DNA of 64,000 nt from a virus. Lineage: Duplodnaviria; Caudoviricetes. This document shows, piece by piece, positions 43,283 to 53,979 of the stretch (positions are counted from its first letter, which is position 1; every line of letters begins with the position of its first letter). The stretch spans positions 51,487 to 115,486 of the IMG/VR virus record IMGVR_UViG_3300034104_005543; one strand, 5' to 3'. Made by a program: the position numbers and the translations under genes. The notes under the pieces were generated by a model that worked only from the letters and a program-made list of their open reading frames with translations, made no database searches and was not told the origin of the DNA.

Positions 43283-43803
43283 GATGTATATATTTCTTTC
43301 TCTAAATCAGGTAGGTTACATAACTCAGGACCTACTATTGCTATATCAACCTTTAAATCATCAGCATAATCCTTGTAATATTTGTCAGGATATAACCAAG
43401 AATTCACATACTCATATGTAGGTTGACCTTTGTAATATCCCAGTATAACCTTTTTAATTCCTTCTGGTATTTGAGAATATTTGCCTGTAAGCACAAGACT
43501 CCAGACTTCTTTCATATCAGTAAGGTCGAACACGTAAAGATACTTACTTTCACCCAATCTGCGCATTTCAGATTGCTTAAAATGAGGAGAGGTAAATAAA
43601 TACTTGCCTTCTAGATCACGGTGTATTTCAGGATATTTACTACCATCTACTACAACAGTAAGCTGATAATCATCGATGTTGTACACATCTTTCCTACTAA
43701 GGTAGCATTGAATCTCTAAAATATCATTTACATTTTTAGGACATATCAAAGGAAATAAAAATACCTTCGATTTTTGCACATACTGCTTAAGAACTTTAAT
43801 CAT
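43279..43803 (-). CDS. Hypothetical protein in the replication operon
   Basis: 174-aa ORF with 4-nt overlaps on both sides. Confidence 0.7.
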   Translation of the reverse strand: MIKVLKQYVQKSKVFLFPLICPKNVNDILEIQCYLSRKDVYNIDDYQLTVVVDGSKYPEIHRDLEGKYLFTSPHFKQSEMRRLGESKYLYVFDLTDMKEVWSLVLTGKYSQIPEGIKKVILGYYKGQPTYEYVNSWLYPDKYYKDYADDLKVDIAIVGPELCNLPDLEKEIYTS

Positions 43804-44768
43804 AAAAATATTTCATAATTTATATATGATTTAGGTAGTCTAAAATTTTGTTCAGCAAAACTTTGTTTTACCTGATTTATAAGGACATTCGTTCTTTCTA
43901 ACCATTGTTCCATAGTAGATTCAGATACTTTAAAAGGATAAACTACACCATAACTATCAACTACTATAAAAGTAAATGTTACACTATAATCTGGGTAATA
44001 ATGTTTAGCAAACTTATAATATAAAGCTGCTTGCAACCACAGATTATAATACTCAACAGTTTCAGGAAAGTCCTGAATGCGTTTACTAGTTGTTTTTAAG
44101 TCGCTTACAAATACTGTTTTAGCATTTTCCTTGACTCTAATACAATCTATAATACCTCTAAGCCCAAAGAATTCAGTAGCATTTGGAATACTTACTTCTT
44201 TCTCAGACTCAGTAAACTCTAATAACCACTTACAAACTTTATCTTGATTTAGCAGTTGAGTTTTTTCTAGAATTTCATTGTAATCCTGCTGACTTACTGC
44301 TACTTTAGATTGAGCAGTAAGTAAATAGTTCCAGTATTCTTCGTTAACATCAAGAATTAGTTTCTTACCTCTATCAGAGTCTAGTTTAATAGCAGAATAG
44401 TAATCTATTTCAGCCATAATCTGACCAATTTCATCCTGATACTTGTTTAAAGGAGCTATTAATAATTCAGGGTCCTCTAAATGTCTAGAATATAACATTT
44501 TAAGAACAACTTGATGATTATCTATAGGTAGTTTGTTTGGTAGTAGACTAAACTTTTCCGCAAACTTTTCTGGTTCTAAAACCAAACAATGTAGTAATTT
44601 ACCTTTAGTAATAAAATCACCGGATATGTCTTCTTTCTGATTAAGCACGTAGTGCTTGTAAAAAAGATATGGACTATAATGATATTTACTCAAACCAGAA
44701 AAACTTAAGTTAGGTTTGGATTGAATAAATTCCTCTAATAACTGATATTCATTTTTACTTTCCATCAA
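43800..44768 (-). CDS. PD-(D/E)xK exonuclease (RecE/DUF3799-like)
   Basis: LSFSGL, GKLLHCLVLEP, RGIIDC, SDLKTT, LQAALY. Confidence 0.85.
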   Translation of the reverse strand: MMESKNEYQLLEEFIQSKPNLSFSGLSKYHYSPYLFYKHYVLNQKEDISGDFITKGKLLHCLVLEPEKFAEKFSLLPNKLPIDNHQVVLKMLYSRHLEDPELLIAPLNKYQDEIGQIMAEIDYYSAIKLDSDRGKKLILDVNEEYWNYLLTAQSKVAVSQQDYNEILEKTQLLNQDKVCKWLLEFTESEKEVSIPNATEFFGLRGIIDCIRVKENAKTVFVSDLKTTSKRIQDFPETVEYYNLWLQAALYYKFAKHYYPDYSVTFTFIVVDSYGVVYPFKVSESTMEQWLERTNVLINQVKQSFAEQNFRLPKSYINYEIFL

Positions 44769-45666
44769 ATAAATTTAATTGAGCAGGGTTAACTTCATTT
44801 TTCAAAACTTGTACTTTAAGTTCGTCTGTAATTGACAATGTAAATACTATATCCTCTGAACCATATTTACTACTAATAAAATCTTTTACGGAATGTTTAA
44901 CATTTTCCATTATTGCATTTAGATGATATTTAGTTAATAAGTTTTTAGAAATTAATAACTTGAAAAGCTTATCCTCTGCAAAATCAAGAATGTCTTTTTC
45001 ACCTAAATAGCTCATTAATGTTTGAAACTTAACACTTGTATGAAGACGGTAATTTCTTATTGTCCACTTATAGTTACATAATAAGCCATAAATATAAGAA
45101 ATTGATTTATCTAAATTACAATTACACATTAAAGTAACAGCTAATTCAACATCACTTTTATTTGTACTACTTAGCATCGAATCTAAAACTTTATGTTGTT
45201 CTTCATCGATAATAGGCAAATCTACATTTTCATACAGTAAACTAGATATAACATTAATATGAACTATTTTAGAAGGATATTTGATAATATCTAGAATATC
45301 TTTCTCATAAACAAAACCATATTTTGAATTTTTATAAGCTCTAAACCACCTTTTTGATATAAGTTTATCATCATAATTTGTATATAAATATTCTCTTTTC
45401 TTATATAGAACATTATCATCTACTAGTATAAAATCTGCTTTTTCTATATCTCTAACAATTTTGCTATTAAACTTTTCTGTTAGCATTCTAACATTATGCC
45501 TACTAATAACAGTTTCTTTAGAAATATAAAATTTAGAACCCTGCTTTATATCTATATTATCTTTATGGTCTACATGATTTATAGAATAAGCGTTTTCTCT
45601 ATAGACTTTATCATAAACTTTTTGTGTAGAACTTACATTACTTGCGTATAAAACTTCTTCTTCCAT
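44755..45666 (-). CDS. Hypothetical protein, possible BRCT-like N-terminal part
   Basis: KIVRDIEKADFILV; shares an I.E....L.SM.....SD.E motif with the adjacent gene. Confidence 0.6.
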   Translation of the reverse strand: MEEEVLYASNVSSTQKVYDKVYRENAYSINHVDHKDNIDIKQGSKFYISKETVISRHNVRMLTEKFNSKIVRDIEKADFILVDDNVLYKKREYLYTNYDDKLISKRWFRAYKNSKYGFVYEKDILDIIKYPSKIVHINVISSLLYENVDLPIIDEEQHKVLDSMLSSTNKSDVELAVTLMCNCNLDKSISYIYGLLCNYKWTIRNYRLHTSVKFQTLMSYLGEKDILDFAEDKLFKLLISKNLLTKYHLNAIMENVKHSVKDFISSKYGSEDIVFTLSITDELKVQVLKNEVNPAQLNLFDGK

Positions 45667-45668
45667 AA

Positions 45669-46523
45669 TTAAAATACTTTAGTGACTTCTACTTTTATTG
45701 GTATAGAAAAATATAATTTTGCTAACTCTGCCATTTTATATTGATATACAGGTTGCATATACTTTTCTATTAATTCTTTTGGTAGCATGTTAGATTTATC
45801 ATAACAAGCATAGACATCAAAAAACGAACTTTGTAAATGATTATTTACAAAATTATTTACTTCTTTAGATACATTTTTACTAGTTTTGAAAAAATTAGTT
45901 CCTCTATAATATATAGCAGTACCTAATAAATCTAAAAGAATTTTTTCTTCCTTTGTAGCATCCTTTGTAATAAGTGATAGTAAAATTGTTTGTACTATTT
46001 CTAAATCACTAGGTCCTCCATTACAGATCATAGATATTAAAGTAGGTATCATATCCTCTGTAATTCTAACACTAGGTTTCAGATAATATTTATCAAAAGA
46101 TATTGGGTTTAACTTACCCTCTATAATCAAAGGCAAATATTTTTCCCAGTTTTTAGAAAAGATATAAATGTTTTTATTGAGGTGCTTAACACTTAAAACA
46201 CTAAATTTTGATTTATATTTACCTGTGTAGAATAAACTGACAGGAAAGATTATATGTTTACTATTTTTATACGTATCTATAGGATTCTTCTCTACATTTA
46301 AACCATTACTATCACCCTGAAAATATGGATAAAAGAAAACTTTATCATCAGGTGTAAGAGTTCTGTCATTATTAAAATAGTTGTTATAATCAACTTCATA
46401 CATATAAAAAGCTATGTATTTAGAATTAATAGATATATATTGAAGAGGTGCAGTTTGGAGGAGTTCTAAGAACTCCTCCGTTTTACTGTCACCTTTTTTG
46501 TTATAAAGGCTTTTGGTGATCAT
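45669..46523 (-). CDS. Hypothetical protein, distant paralog of 44755-45666
   Basis: ITEDMIPTLISMICNGGPSDLEIV vs IDEEQHKVLDSMLSSTNKSDVELA. Confidence 0.6.
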   Translation of the reverse strand: MITKSLYNKKGDSKTEEFLELLQTAPLQYISINSKYIAFYMYEVDYNNYFNNDRTLTPDDKVFFYPYFQGDSNGLNVEKNPIDTYKNSKHIIFPVSLFYTGKYKSKFSVLSVKHLNKNIYIFSKNWEKYLPLIIEGKLNPISFDKYYLKPSVRITEDMIPTLISMICNGGPSDLEIVQTILLSLITKDATKEEKILLDLLGTAIYYRGTNFFKTSKNVSKEVNNFVNNHLQSSFFDVYACYDKSNMLPKELIEKYMQPVYQYKMAELAKLYFSIPIKVEVTKVF

Positions 46524-47725
46524 TAGATTAGAATTTTTTGTGCAACTGCAGGTTTAGTAAGAATATTCAAGAAACGGTTACGATTAGCACCTACTAGTTC
46601 TCTTGCAATAAGATAAACCAAGTCTGCAGGTAGTAACTCATCTTGTTCAATAATATCACCTATTCTCAAAGAAAACTCAGGTTTGAATTCTTTCTTATCA
46701 AATAATACAAGAGTATAATTTATAAGACGGTGTGCAAGAACAGCAGCAATGTCAAGTCTAGTATTAGAACCTTGTCCTACGAGCTCTTTAATTTTGTACT
46801 GAACAAGATTAAAGTCTTGAGTTTCTAAGATGTATTTAGGAGTAACCATCTTATCAAGTTTATCGTGAATAAACTGAGTGAAGGTAGTTACAAACACAGA
46901 ACCTACAGAAATCTCACCTAAAGATTGAATCAATAGTAGAGATGAAGGATCTGAAAAGTCTTTAATAAATCTAATAGAATTAAAGAACTTAGTTACAATA
47001 CGAGCATTGCAATTATCATTAATCATCTCAGGATGTAACAAAACGAAGTTAATACAACGCTCATCAATACCTATAGATTCTGCATACTTAGCCCAGATAT
47101 AAGCATCAAACTTACAATCAACTCTAAAGTAGCGTGAAGTTTGTGCTGTATCTTCGGTAGTAACATTGTAATCACCGTTGTCAGGATTAGAACTAAGAAC
47201 GATAGTAGAACCTTTAGGTAATTTCCAAGAGAAATAACTTTGATTGTCTACAATTTCCATAATAGCTTGCATAAAACGAGGCTGACAACGATTAAAGTCG
47301 TCAAGAATAAGGACCATCTTTTCATTAGAAACTAACCATTCTGGTTTAGCATAACCCATTCTAGTTTTAGTAGTAGCAGTCCAACCTTTATCAGTAGCAG
47401 TTGTCAATACAGCTTCTGGTACCCAGCGAACTTTTGTTTTATCACCTTCGGTTTTAGTTACTTCGTACTCTTTAATAGGAAAACCAGTAATCTCACCTAA
47501 GTCGTCAATCTGAGCAAGATTCTTCTTTACAGAATGAATACCTAGTTTATCACAAGTTTGTTTAATTAATGATGTCTTTCCTATACCGGAAGGACCTGAT
47601 ATGTTAAGAGAAATAGGGTCGATACCAATTTCTTGTAATTTAAGATTGTTTTCAATAATGTACTCTAGAAGTTGCTTTACTTCTGTGATGTTCATCTTTA
47701 CTGTTTTGTCAATTGCTTTTCTCAT
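46523..47725 (-). CDS. MoxR-like AAA+ ATPase
   Basis: Walker A GPSGIGKT, Walker B ILDDFNR, SSNP, adjacent to a VWA gene. Confidence 0.85.
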   Translation of the reverse strand: MRKAIDKTVKMNITEVKQLLEYIIENNLKLQEIGIDPISLNISGPSGIGKTSLIKQTCDKLGIHSVKKNLAQIDDLGEITGFPIKEYEVTKTEGDKTKVRWVPEAVLTTATDKGWTATTKTRMGYAKPEWLVSNEKMVLILDDFNRCQPRFMQAIMEIVDNQSYFSWKLPKGSTIVLSSNPDNGDYNVTTEDTAQTSRYFRVDCKFDAYIWAKYAESIGIDERCINFVLLHPEMINDNCNARIVTKFFNSIRFIKDFSDPSSLLLIQSLGEISVGSVFVTTFTQFIHDKLDKMVTPKYILETQDFNLVQYKIKELVGQGSNTRLDIAAVLAHRLINYTLVLFDKKEFKPEFSLRIGDIIEQDELLPADLVYLIARELVGANRNRFLNILTKPAVAQKILI

Positions 47726-48894
47726 AATGAAATTTGTTTTACAGTTCCTGGTAATAAATCGTTTAAAGAGTGAGAGTCTGGTATTAACCAGAGTATATTA
47801 TTTGGTGAAAGGTCAGGAGGACTACATTCACCATCGGTAAAATAAATAAGAGCTTGATATTTAGGTTGATTTTCTGCGTAATAGTTTACAGGAGGATTAA
47901 AATCAGTACCTCCTCTACCTTCTATTCTAACAAGATTATCAAGTACATATTCTTTAATAGGTCTTACAGGATAACCTTTAGCGTCACACTGCATAATATC
48001 TACTTCAGTACCACATTGATTAATGTGCTTAAGTTCTGCAAGAAACACTTCTAAAAGAGTATCATTAACAGATTGAGAAGTATCTATAGCTACTAGAATA
48101 TGAGCCATTTGTTTAATCTTCTTACCTGCAGCTTCAGGATATCTCACATTTTCTTTAGTGCGAGTAGTTTTTACATCTGCAGACATACAATAACCAACAA
48201 ACTTTCTTAGATATGCTTTCCAGTTAAACTTAGGTGGTTCTTCTTTATCAATAAGTTCAAAAATACCACCTAATTCTTCAGGAATTCTACCTCTAGTTTT
48301 ACTAACAGCGTCTCTTGCATTAGTAAGCATACCTTCTGTAACTTTTTGAAGTAGTTTATCATCTACATCGCTCATAGAATAAAAATCATTCCATTCGGGT
48401 GTAGTGTTAATCTCTTCAAATTCACCAACTGCAAACTGATCACTATCACCTGTAGGTAAACTATTAAGTTTTTCTAAGTAATAATCAATACTTTTATGCT
48501 CTTCTGCCAACTCATAATTAATACTAGCAAGTATTTCATTAAGTTTTGCTAAAGTCATAAATTTTGTAGGACAATTTAGCCAGTAATTCTCGTTAACATA
48601 CTGATTTACTACAATATCCATTGCTAAATGTGCTAGCTTTTTGTTAGAATAATCCTTAATTCTTAAGGGATGTAGTAAAGCAATATGAATTACTTCGTGT
48701 AAAATATGAGCTTTTGCATTGTTCAGCGTAATACTATTAAAGTATTTCTCACTCATTGAAAGCTCATAATTTATACCTTTTTTAACAACTCGAACAGTAT
48801 CTACACTATCCCAGCTCTTGTTAATCATAGATAGAAAAATACCATAAAAGGGACTTTCTATAATGATGTCCTTAAATATTTTAGAAGCATCCAT
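47722..48894 (-). CDS. Metallopeptidase-VWA protein (DUF2201-like)
   Basis: HEVIH; MIDAS IDTSQS; GRGGTDF; YFTDG. Confidence 0.88.
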   Translation of the reverse strand: MDASKIFKDIIIESPFYGIFLSMINKSWDSVDTVRVVKKGINYELSMSEKYFNSITLNNAKAHILHEVIHIALLHPLRIKDYSNKKLAHLAMDIVVNQYVNENYWLNCPTKFMTLAKLNEILASINYELAEEHKSIDYYLEKLNSLPTGDSDQFAVGEFEEINTTPEWNDFYSMSDVDDKLLQKVTEGMLTNARDAVSKTRGRIPEELGGIFELIDKEEPPKFNWKAYLRKFVGYCMSADVKTTRTKENVRYPEAAGKKIKQMAHILVAIDTSQSVNDTLLEVFLAELKHINQCGTEVDIMQCDAKGYPVRPIKEYVLDNLVRIEGRGGTDFNPPVNYYAENQPKYQALIYFTDGECSPPDLSPNNILWLIPDSHSLNDLLPGTVKQISL

Positions 48895-48895
48895 G

Positions 48896-49387
48896 TTACA
48901 GATTATTTTTACGTGCGTACTCTGCTATTAAAACAGCATCTATTAATCCATCATGTGGTTTAGTAGCTTTATCATAAGTAAGAGAAAGAGTAGGAAAAAG
49001 TCTTTTAATAGTAACAAGAGCCATTGCTTTTGTATCTTTAGAAGTTTTACCTGATTTATTTATAACAGTAGTGTGTTTAAACATTTCTTTTTGCCAATCA
49101 ACAGCTCTTACAGCTGTATAAGGTATGTTCATAGCAACACAAAATGCTTCCACTAATCCCATTTGATACCCCATTGAAAAAGCAGTTTGTTTAGAACTAC
49201 CATATATTACACCTAATTTCTCAAATATAATATGAGTGTGCGAGTAACTTGTCAAAATTGAAAAAAGCGAACCAGTGTCCACTTGATCTTTTATTATAGG
49301 CATCTTAAAAGTGTCAATACTGTCTTCTTTTATAACAGCGATTGCTCCTTTCTTGCCTATATCTATACCAATATAAGTTTTTGTCAT
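48896..49387 (-). CDS. RuvC-like Holliday junction resolvase
   Basis: YIGIDIGKKG, IFEK, WQK, HDGLIDAVLIA. Confidence 0.85.
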   Translation of the reverse strand: MTKTYIGIDIGKKGAIAVIKEDSIDTFKMPIIKDQVDTGSLFSILTSYSHTHIIFEKLGVIYGSSKQTAFSMGYQMGLVEAFCVAMNIPYTAVRAVDWQKEMFKHTTVINKSGKTSKDTKAMALVTIKRLFPTLSLTYDKATKPHDGLIDAVLIAEYARKNNL

Positions 49388-50319
49388 ATTAATGATTTTA
49401 TAAGTTCAACAAAATGTTTTTTAGTGTTTTCGTAACCTGTTTTTTCTATTGCTTCGCTAGGGTCTTTGTGTAAAGACCAAGGTATATTCACAAATCCATG
49501 ATCTATATACCTTAAAGCAGCTTTTTGACCAGGTTCATCATTGTCAAAAAGTATAAACTTGCTTTTGTAACTATGTTTAATCACAGCAAGTCTTGTTTTA
49601 TTAAGCATAGTGTTCTCACTATCTACTGCAAGAAAATCAAATTGTCTTGTTATAGTAGAAAGAGACATTATGTCTTTGAGTGATTTAGTAAGAATAAGAT
49701 GTCTTTTATTTTCTATTTGTTCTGCACCCTGAAAAAAATCATTTACATATATAAACTTGCATGTTTTATTATATGGTTGATATATCTTACCTAGAGTACC
49801 GTCTTCTTTAAAATAACCGTAAGTGTATAATCCTTGAAATTTAAAAGTTTTGTCGTCTTTCTGTAGTATGAATTCCGATATAGGTTTAACATTATACTTG
49901 TTAAGTATAGAAAGACCTATATTGAATTTAAGCCAGTATTTTTTATCGTGATCAAACCACTGTCTTGTTTTGTAACTAGTAACTTCAGATGGTGTTTCTT
50001 CTACGTTAGGAACAGAATACTTATATTCTCCTACCTTCATAAAATCAGTAACTATCTTATTAATAGCTTCCTTCTCTGAAATGTTAAATATTTTACTAAC
50101 AAGATGTACAGCACTTCCGCCATTACCAGAAGCAAAATCTTTGTAAATATATCTACCGTAGCGATAGTATATAAACATAGACGGTCTTCTATCAGAAGTC
50201 TGAAATATTGATTTAATTACTTGTCTTTGTCCTTCAAGAGGTTTTTCTAAATTACAATAATATTCAAATATCCAAGATTCTGGGATACTATCTATAGCTA
50301 CATTTAAAAGATTGAGCAT
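49384..50319 (-). CDS. DnaG-type (TOPRIM) primase
   Basis: DRRPSM, YKDFASG.GG, KIYQP, TKSLKD, FDND. Confidence 0.85.
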   Translation of the reverse strand: MLNLLNVAIDSIPESWIFEYYCNLEKPLEGQRQVIKSIFQTSDRRPSMFIYYRYGRYIYKDFASGNGGSAVHLVSKIFNISEKEAINKIVTDFMKVGEYKYSVPNVEETPSEVTSYKTRQWFDHDKKYWLKFNIGLSILNKYNVKPISEFILQKDDKTFKFQGLYTYGYFKEDGTLGKIYQPYNKTCKFIYVNDFFQGAEQIENKRHLILTKSLKDIMSLSTITRQFDFLAVDSENTMLNKTRLAVIKHSYKSKFILFDNDEPGQKAALRYIDHGFVNIPWSLHKDPSEAIEKTGYENTKKHFVELIKSLI

Positions 50320-50326
50320 AGTATAA

Positions 50327-50357
50327 ATAAAAAGAGGGGCTATTAAACCCCTCTTTT
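50327..50357. terminator. Intrinsic terminator-like hairpin after the SSB-like gene
   Basis: aaaagagggg (50330-50339)/cccctctttt (50348-50357). Confidence 0.8.
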
Positions 50358-50373
50358 ATCATAGCAGGTTTAA

Positions 50374-51090
50374 TTAAAACAATGGATCTGAAAGAGAAGA
50401 ACCCGAATCCATATTAAAATCTTCTGCAGTATCAGAAGTTACTCCAGATGCTGATTCAAAATCCTCAGCAGGTTTTACTTCTGCTTTAATCACATGAAGA
50501 TTAGAGTCAAATTGAATTAGCTTAGACGGAGATGCGTCTTTTCTTTCTACAAAAGTTTTACCTTTCTCATATTTAGGGAAGAACATATCATTACGAACAT
50601 ATCCGTCTTTGATATACTCTTTAGCGCCAATAGTGAAGTTGTAGTAGCGAGAAGTAATACCGGTAGTTTGAAGCATGTTGTTAAAATCTTCAACCAATTC
50701 TTCAATACTATCAAACTTTTCGTTAGCTGAATTCAACCACTCTACCGCTTCTGCGCCTAATTCAAAACAAAGAGATGAAACAAAACGAGCAATACCTTGG
50801 TCTTTGTAGACAGGACGACCTGTTTTAGTTGTACCATCAGAGTAAGCATAACGAGAGCTCTTAACTCTACCTACCTGACCTTTGTAACGAGGTCCCTCAA
50901 CGTCGTTCTTGTCAACCAAGAAACCTTCAAACTCAGGACCCATGTCAGGACCTTCAAGTTCAAGAATAACAAATGAAGCACTTGCATCATAAGCAGGTGA
51001 TTCCAAAGCAACACGAATGATACGTGCCTCCTGAGTACCTGGAGATAAGTTCTTAGGTACATTTTCGCTGTAATTTAATTTAATTCCCAT
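50374..51090 (-). CDS. Putative single-stranded DNA-binding protein
   Basis: Beta-rich N-terminus (PG..EARIIRV), acidic tail ending DPLF, between ATPase and primase. Confidence 0.6.
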   Translation of the reverse strand: MGIKLNYSENVPKNLSPGTQEARIIRVALESPAYDASASFVILELEGPDMGPEFEGFLVDKNDVEGPRYKGQVGRVKSSRYAYSDGTTKTGRPVYKDQGIARFVSSLCFELGAEAVEWLNSANEKFDSIEELVEDFNNMLQTTGITSRYYNFTIGAKEYIKDGYVRNDMFFPKYEKGKTFVERKDASPSKLIQFDSNLHVIKAEVKPAEDFESASGVTSDTAEDFNMDSGSSLSDPLF

Positions 51091-51095
51091 AATAA

Positions 51096-51878
51096 TTAAT
51101 CAATGTAAATTTCGTTCCAATTTGTTTTTAATCCTTCTTCTGTGTATTCTGAAATAACTAATTCTTTATTTCTGAGGTGCGAAGGTCTTGCACCACATGC
51201 AACATCTTCTTTAGTTTTGAAACTAAGAATGTTTTTGTCGCCTTTTCTGTACATGTAACCGATTGCATCTGAGTTAGAGGTAACAATTCTTTTAAGTTTA
51301 CCGCCAAGATCAATGTCACTTGCAGTAAAAGTTGTACCGTCTTTCTCTAGATAAATCTCTTTGATGTGAGCTAAAAGAATAATACGAGGAGCAAATGTTT
51401 GAATAAAATTGATCAACTGCATTGTACCTTCTCTTATCCAAAAATAACCTGCACCTTCGGGCATACCCGTAAGACTACCATACTTTCTTTTACCCGCATC
51501 TTCCGCTAATTTACCGTCTGGTCCTTTTTTAAACCAGTTTTTACCGGGGATTGTTTTAGAATACAGTTGCTCACCGTAAACAGATCCCATTTCTTCTAAA
51601 GAGGTTGTTGTATCTATCGCTACATAATTGTAAGGATACTTACCGTTATCTTCACGATACTTTTTAATTTCAGCTCCTACTTTCTTCAAGTGATCAACAG
51701 ATTCAATCTGAATCTTATAACCTGAAATAAAAGAAGAACCTTTCTCAAAATCTAAAATAAGACATTTATCTAGTTTACTAACTAGTTCTGTCTTACCTAC
51801 TTTTGGTTTGCTAAAAATAATTAAATTTTTTGGCGATAGTGTTTCTGGACCTACGACTTCTAATGGTAATATACTCAT
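51096..51878 (-). CDS. AAA_24/Sak4-like P-loop ATPase
   Basis: FSKPKVGKT, ILDFEKG, AIDT, LLAH, DAIGY. Confidence 0.82.
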   Translation of the reverse strand: MSILPLEVVGPETLSPKNLIIFSKPKVGKTELVSKLDKCLILDFEKGSSFISGYKIQIESVDHLKKVGAEIKKYREDNGKYPYNYVAIDTTTSLEEMGSVYGEQLYSKTIPGKNWFKKGPDGKLAEDAGKRKYGSLTGMPEGAGYFWIREGTMQLINFIQTFAPRIILLAHIKEIYLEKDGTTFTASDIDLGGKLKRIVTSNSDAIGYMYRKGDKNILSFKTKEDVACGARPSHLRNKELVISEYTEEGLKTNWNEIYID

Positions 51879-52384
51879 ACTTGCTTAATAAATTCATTTA
51901 GTTCTTGGTTATTACTTACAGGTCGTCTGTGTATAATAGCAATAAGATCTCTTACTGTTAAGACAGACGCGCTTCTATCTAAAAAAGATTCTAACTTAAG
52001 TTCGTAATTGGCATTAGCTCCAGGTAAAGAAATTTTAGTAGATTTTGGTTTTTCTACAAAAACTTCTCTTTTAGGTATTACATGTAATTCCTCTACAGGA
52101 ACATAAAACTTGTCGGCATAACCTTCTACTATTTCATATTCAGACTCCCAAAATTCATTGAAAGCATAACGATAAAGTGTACGGTCAATACCTGGGTTCA
52201 ATGAAGAATCTACTATTTCTAAGAATACATCACCCTTAGAAAGTTCGCTCTTAAAGAATATAACACACTGCTGATTCTTAAATCGAATAGCAGTTTTCAT
52301 TACGAAGTACGCATTTCCATAATCAGAAAGTATGTCTGCATGGTAGCTACGTAATTCATCTGTTTTTTCATTCCATTTGCTCAT
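51875..52384 (-). CDS. Hypothetical protein
   Basis: 169-aa ORF with 4-nt overlaps. Confidence 0.7.
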   Translation of the reverse strand: MSKWNEKTDELRSYHADILSDYGNAYFVMKTAIRFKNQQCVIFFKSELSKGDVFLEIVDSSLNPGIDRTLYRYAFNEFWESEYEIVEGYADKFYVPVEELHVIPKREVFVEKPKSTKISLPGANANYELKLESFLDRSASVLTVRDLIAIIHRRPVSNNQELNEFIKQV

Positions 52385-53331
52385 GGTTTAAAAGAAATTG
52401 CTTGTTTTGAAGGAGGTGAAATAGATACTATATTCATCTTGTCAAATTCACCTCTGTAAAATGACATAGCTGGTTCACCGTTACGAACTTTAAGGTAATG
52501 CATAACAATAATATTTTTGTCTATTATCTGATACTTTTCGGGACCATATAACCTGATGTTTTTAATACCAGGTCTATTTAAACCAATAAGAATATCAGTA
52601 AATTGTAGCAAAAAGTCAGAACCAAACACATCACTGTCTAATAAATAATTACCCGCAGTGCCCTCTTTAGATCTGTCTACTGTGTCTACACCTCTGTTAA
52701 GCTGACTCAAAACTACGAAAATTATTGGATAAATTTTCTTCATATTTGTCATCATAGAGCCTAAATCAAAAATCATTTCTTGGATGTCTTGACCTGGAAG
52801 TTTCTTAACTAGTAAACTGTGATCGATAGTAACTAATAGATATGGGCAGTTGTAAGTTTTAAAGTATTCTTTTATCTCAGCAGCCATCTGAGGTACTGTC
52901 AAAGGTTCATCTACTATATCAATAGGAAGACTTTTCATAGATTGTGCGTATCTAGCACAAGCATCAAATTCTTCTTTAGATATAACATTGTCCTCTGCAG
53001 AACATATATAAGAATAACTTTTACTAATAGCAGATGAAAACTCGCGAATAGCACTAACTCTACCAACCATCTCGTACTGAAATCTAAGACTTCTAAGACC
53101 GGGTAGATTGTTATTACTAAAAGCATGTTTAACAAGTATCTGTTCTACTAGTGATTTACCACTACCAGGACGACCTGCAATAACTACAGTTGTAGGAAAC
53201 TCAAAGCCGTCAATACCTACTTTATTCATTGGAGACCAAGGTGTTCTGAGACTAAGTACTTCTCCTTTAGCACGTTTAGACATATAGTCTAGTGCACTAA
53301 TAAATGCATCACTTTGTGATTTCCATCTCAT
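52381..53331 (-). CDS. DnaB-like (SF4) replicative helicase, ATPase domain only
   Basis: AGRPGSGKS, YEM, IDHSLL, LSQLNR, KVRNG. Confidence 0.9.
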   Translation of the reverse strand: MRWKSQSDAFISALDYMSKRAKGEVLSLRTPWSPMNKVGIDGFEFPTTVVIAGRPGSGKSLVEQILVKHAFSNNNLPGLRSLRFQYEMVGRVSAIREFSSAISKSYSYICSAEDNVISKEEFDACARYAQSMKSLPIDIVDEPLTVPQMAAEIKEYFKTYNCPYLLVTIDHSLLVKKLPGQDIQEMIFDLGSMMTNMKKIYPIIFVVLSQLNRGVDTVDRSKEGTAGNYLLDSDVFGSDFLLQFTDILIGLNRPGIKNIRLYGPEKYQIIDKNIIVMHYLKVRNGEPAMSFYRGEFDKMNIVSISPPSKQAISFKP

Positions 53332-53915
53332 AGTACTTTTGTTTCAAAATCTTTTGGTTCGTCTTCTTCTACACCATCTATTATAAGCTGGCAGAATTCT
53401 GCAAGAGTAGAAGAAATCATTTTGTTGGTTGCCTCTTTAGATATAAAATACTGAGAATTACGCATGTACTTGTAGTCTTGTTCTTTGAACTTTCGTACAT
53501 AATACTTAGTAGCAGTAAGAATAATATCCTTATCGTATTGAGGATAGGTGTTAATAAACCAGTTAAGGTTTTTAATAATAAGTTTAGAAGATACTCTAGC
53601 GGGTTTGTTACTAGGTAACACCATCTTAGGAAAACATTCTAAGTATTCTTTAGCAAATTGTTCATCCACAGTCGGTAACGCAGGTTTTTCTTCTACTTTC
53701 TTATTCACTTCATCAAAAACTTTTTGTCCTTTAGGTGTAAGTACCCTACCGTCAATTTCTAATAGACCATCTGTAATTAGTTTCCTAATTTCATAGTCTT
53801 CATTGACATAAGGTATCGGACATTTTATACCCATTTTAACACAAAACAACATAAGAATCTCGTTTGGTGTGTATTTGTGTTTTTTACAATAATTAAAAAA
53901 TGGTCGCACTGTCAT
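53328..53915 (-). CDS. Putative replication initiator/helicase loader
   Basis: Winged-helix-like N-terminus, FP...ILTATKYYV...YFI; directly upstream of the helicase. Confidence 0.5.
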   Translation of the reverse strand: MTVRPFFNYCKKHKYTPNEILMLFCVKMGIKCPIPYVNEDYEIRKLITDGLLEIDGRVLTPKGQKVFDEVNKKVEEKPALPTVDEQFAKEYLECFPKMVLPSNKPARVSSKLIIKNLNWFINTYPQYDKDIILTATKYYVRKFKEQDYKYMRNSQYFISKEATNKMISSTLAEFCQLIIDGVEEDEPKDFETKVL

Positions 53916-53949
53916 AAATTTTATAAATTTATTTTTCTTTCCCTCATAA

Positions 53950-53960
53950 TTTGTTAAATT
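53950..53960 (+). promoter_or_regulatory. Candidate promoter element TTTNNTAWATT upstream of the membrane-protein cassette
   Basis: tttgttaaatt; same motif in other intergenic gaps at 1252-1262(+), 17437-17447(+), 61517-61527(-), 62825-62835(-). Confidence 0.4.
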
Positions 53961-53979
53961 AATACATGCTATTCAGAAC

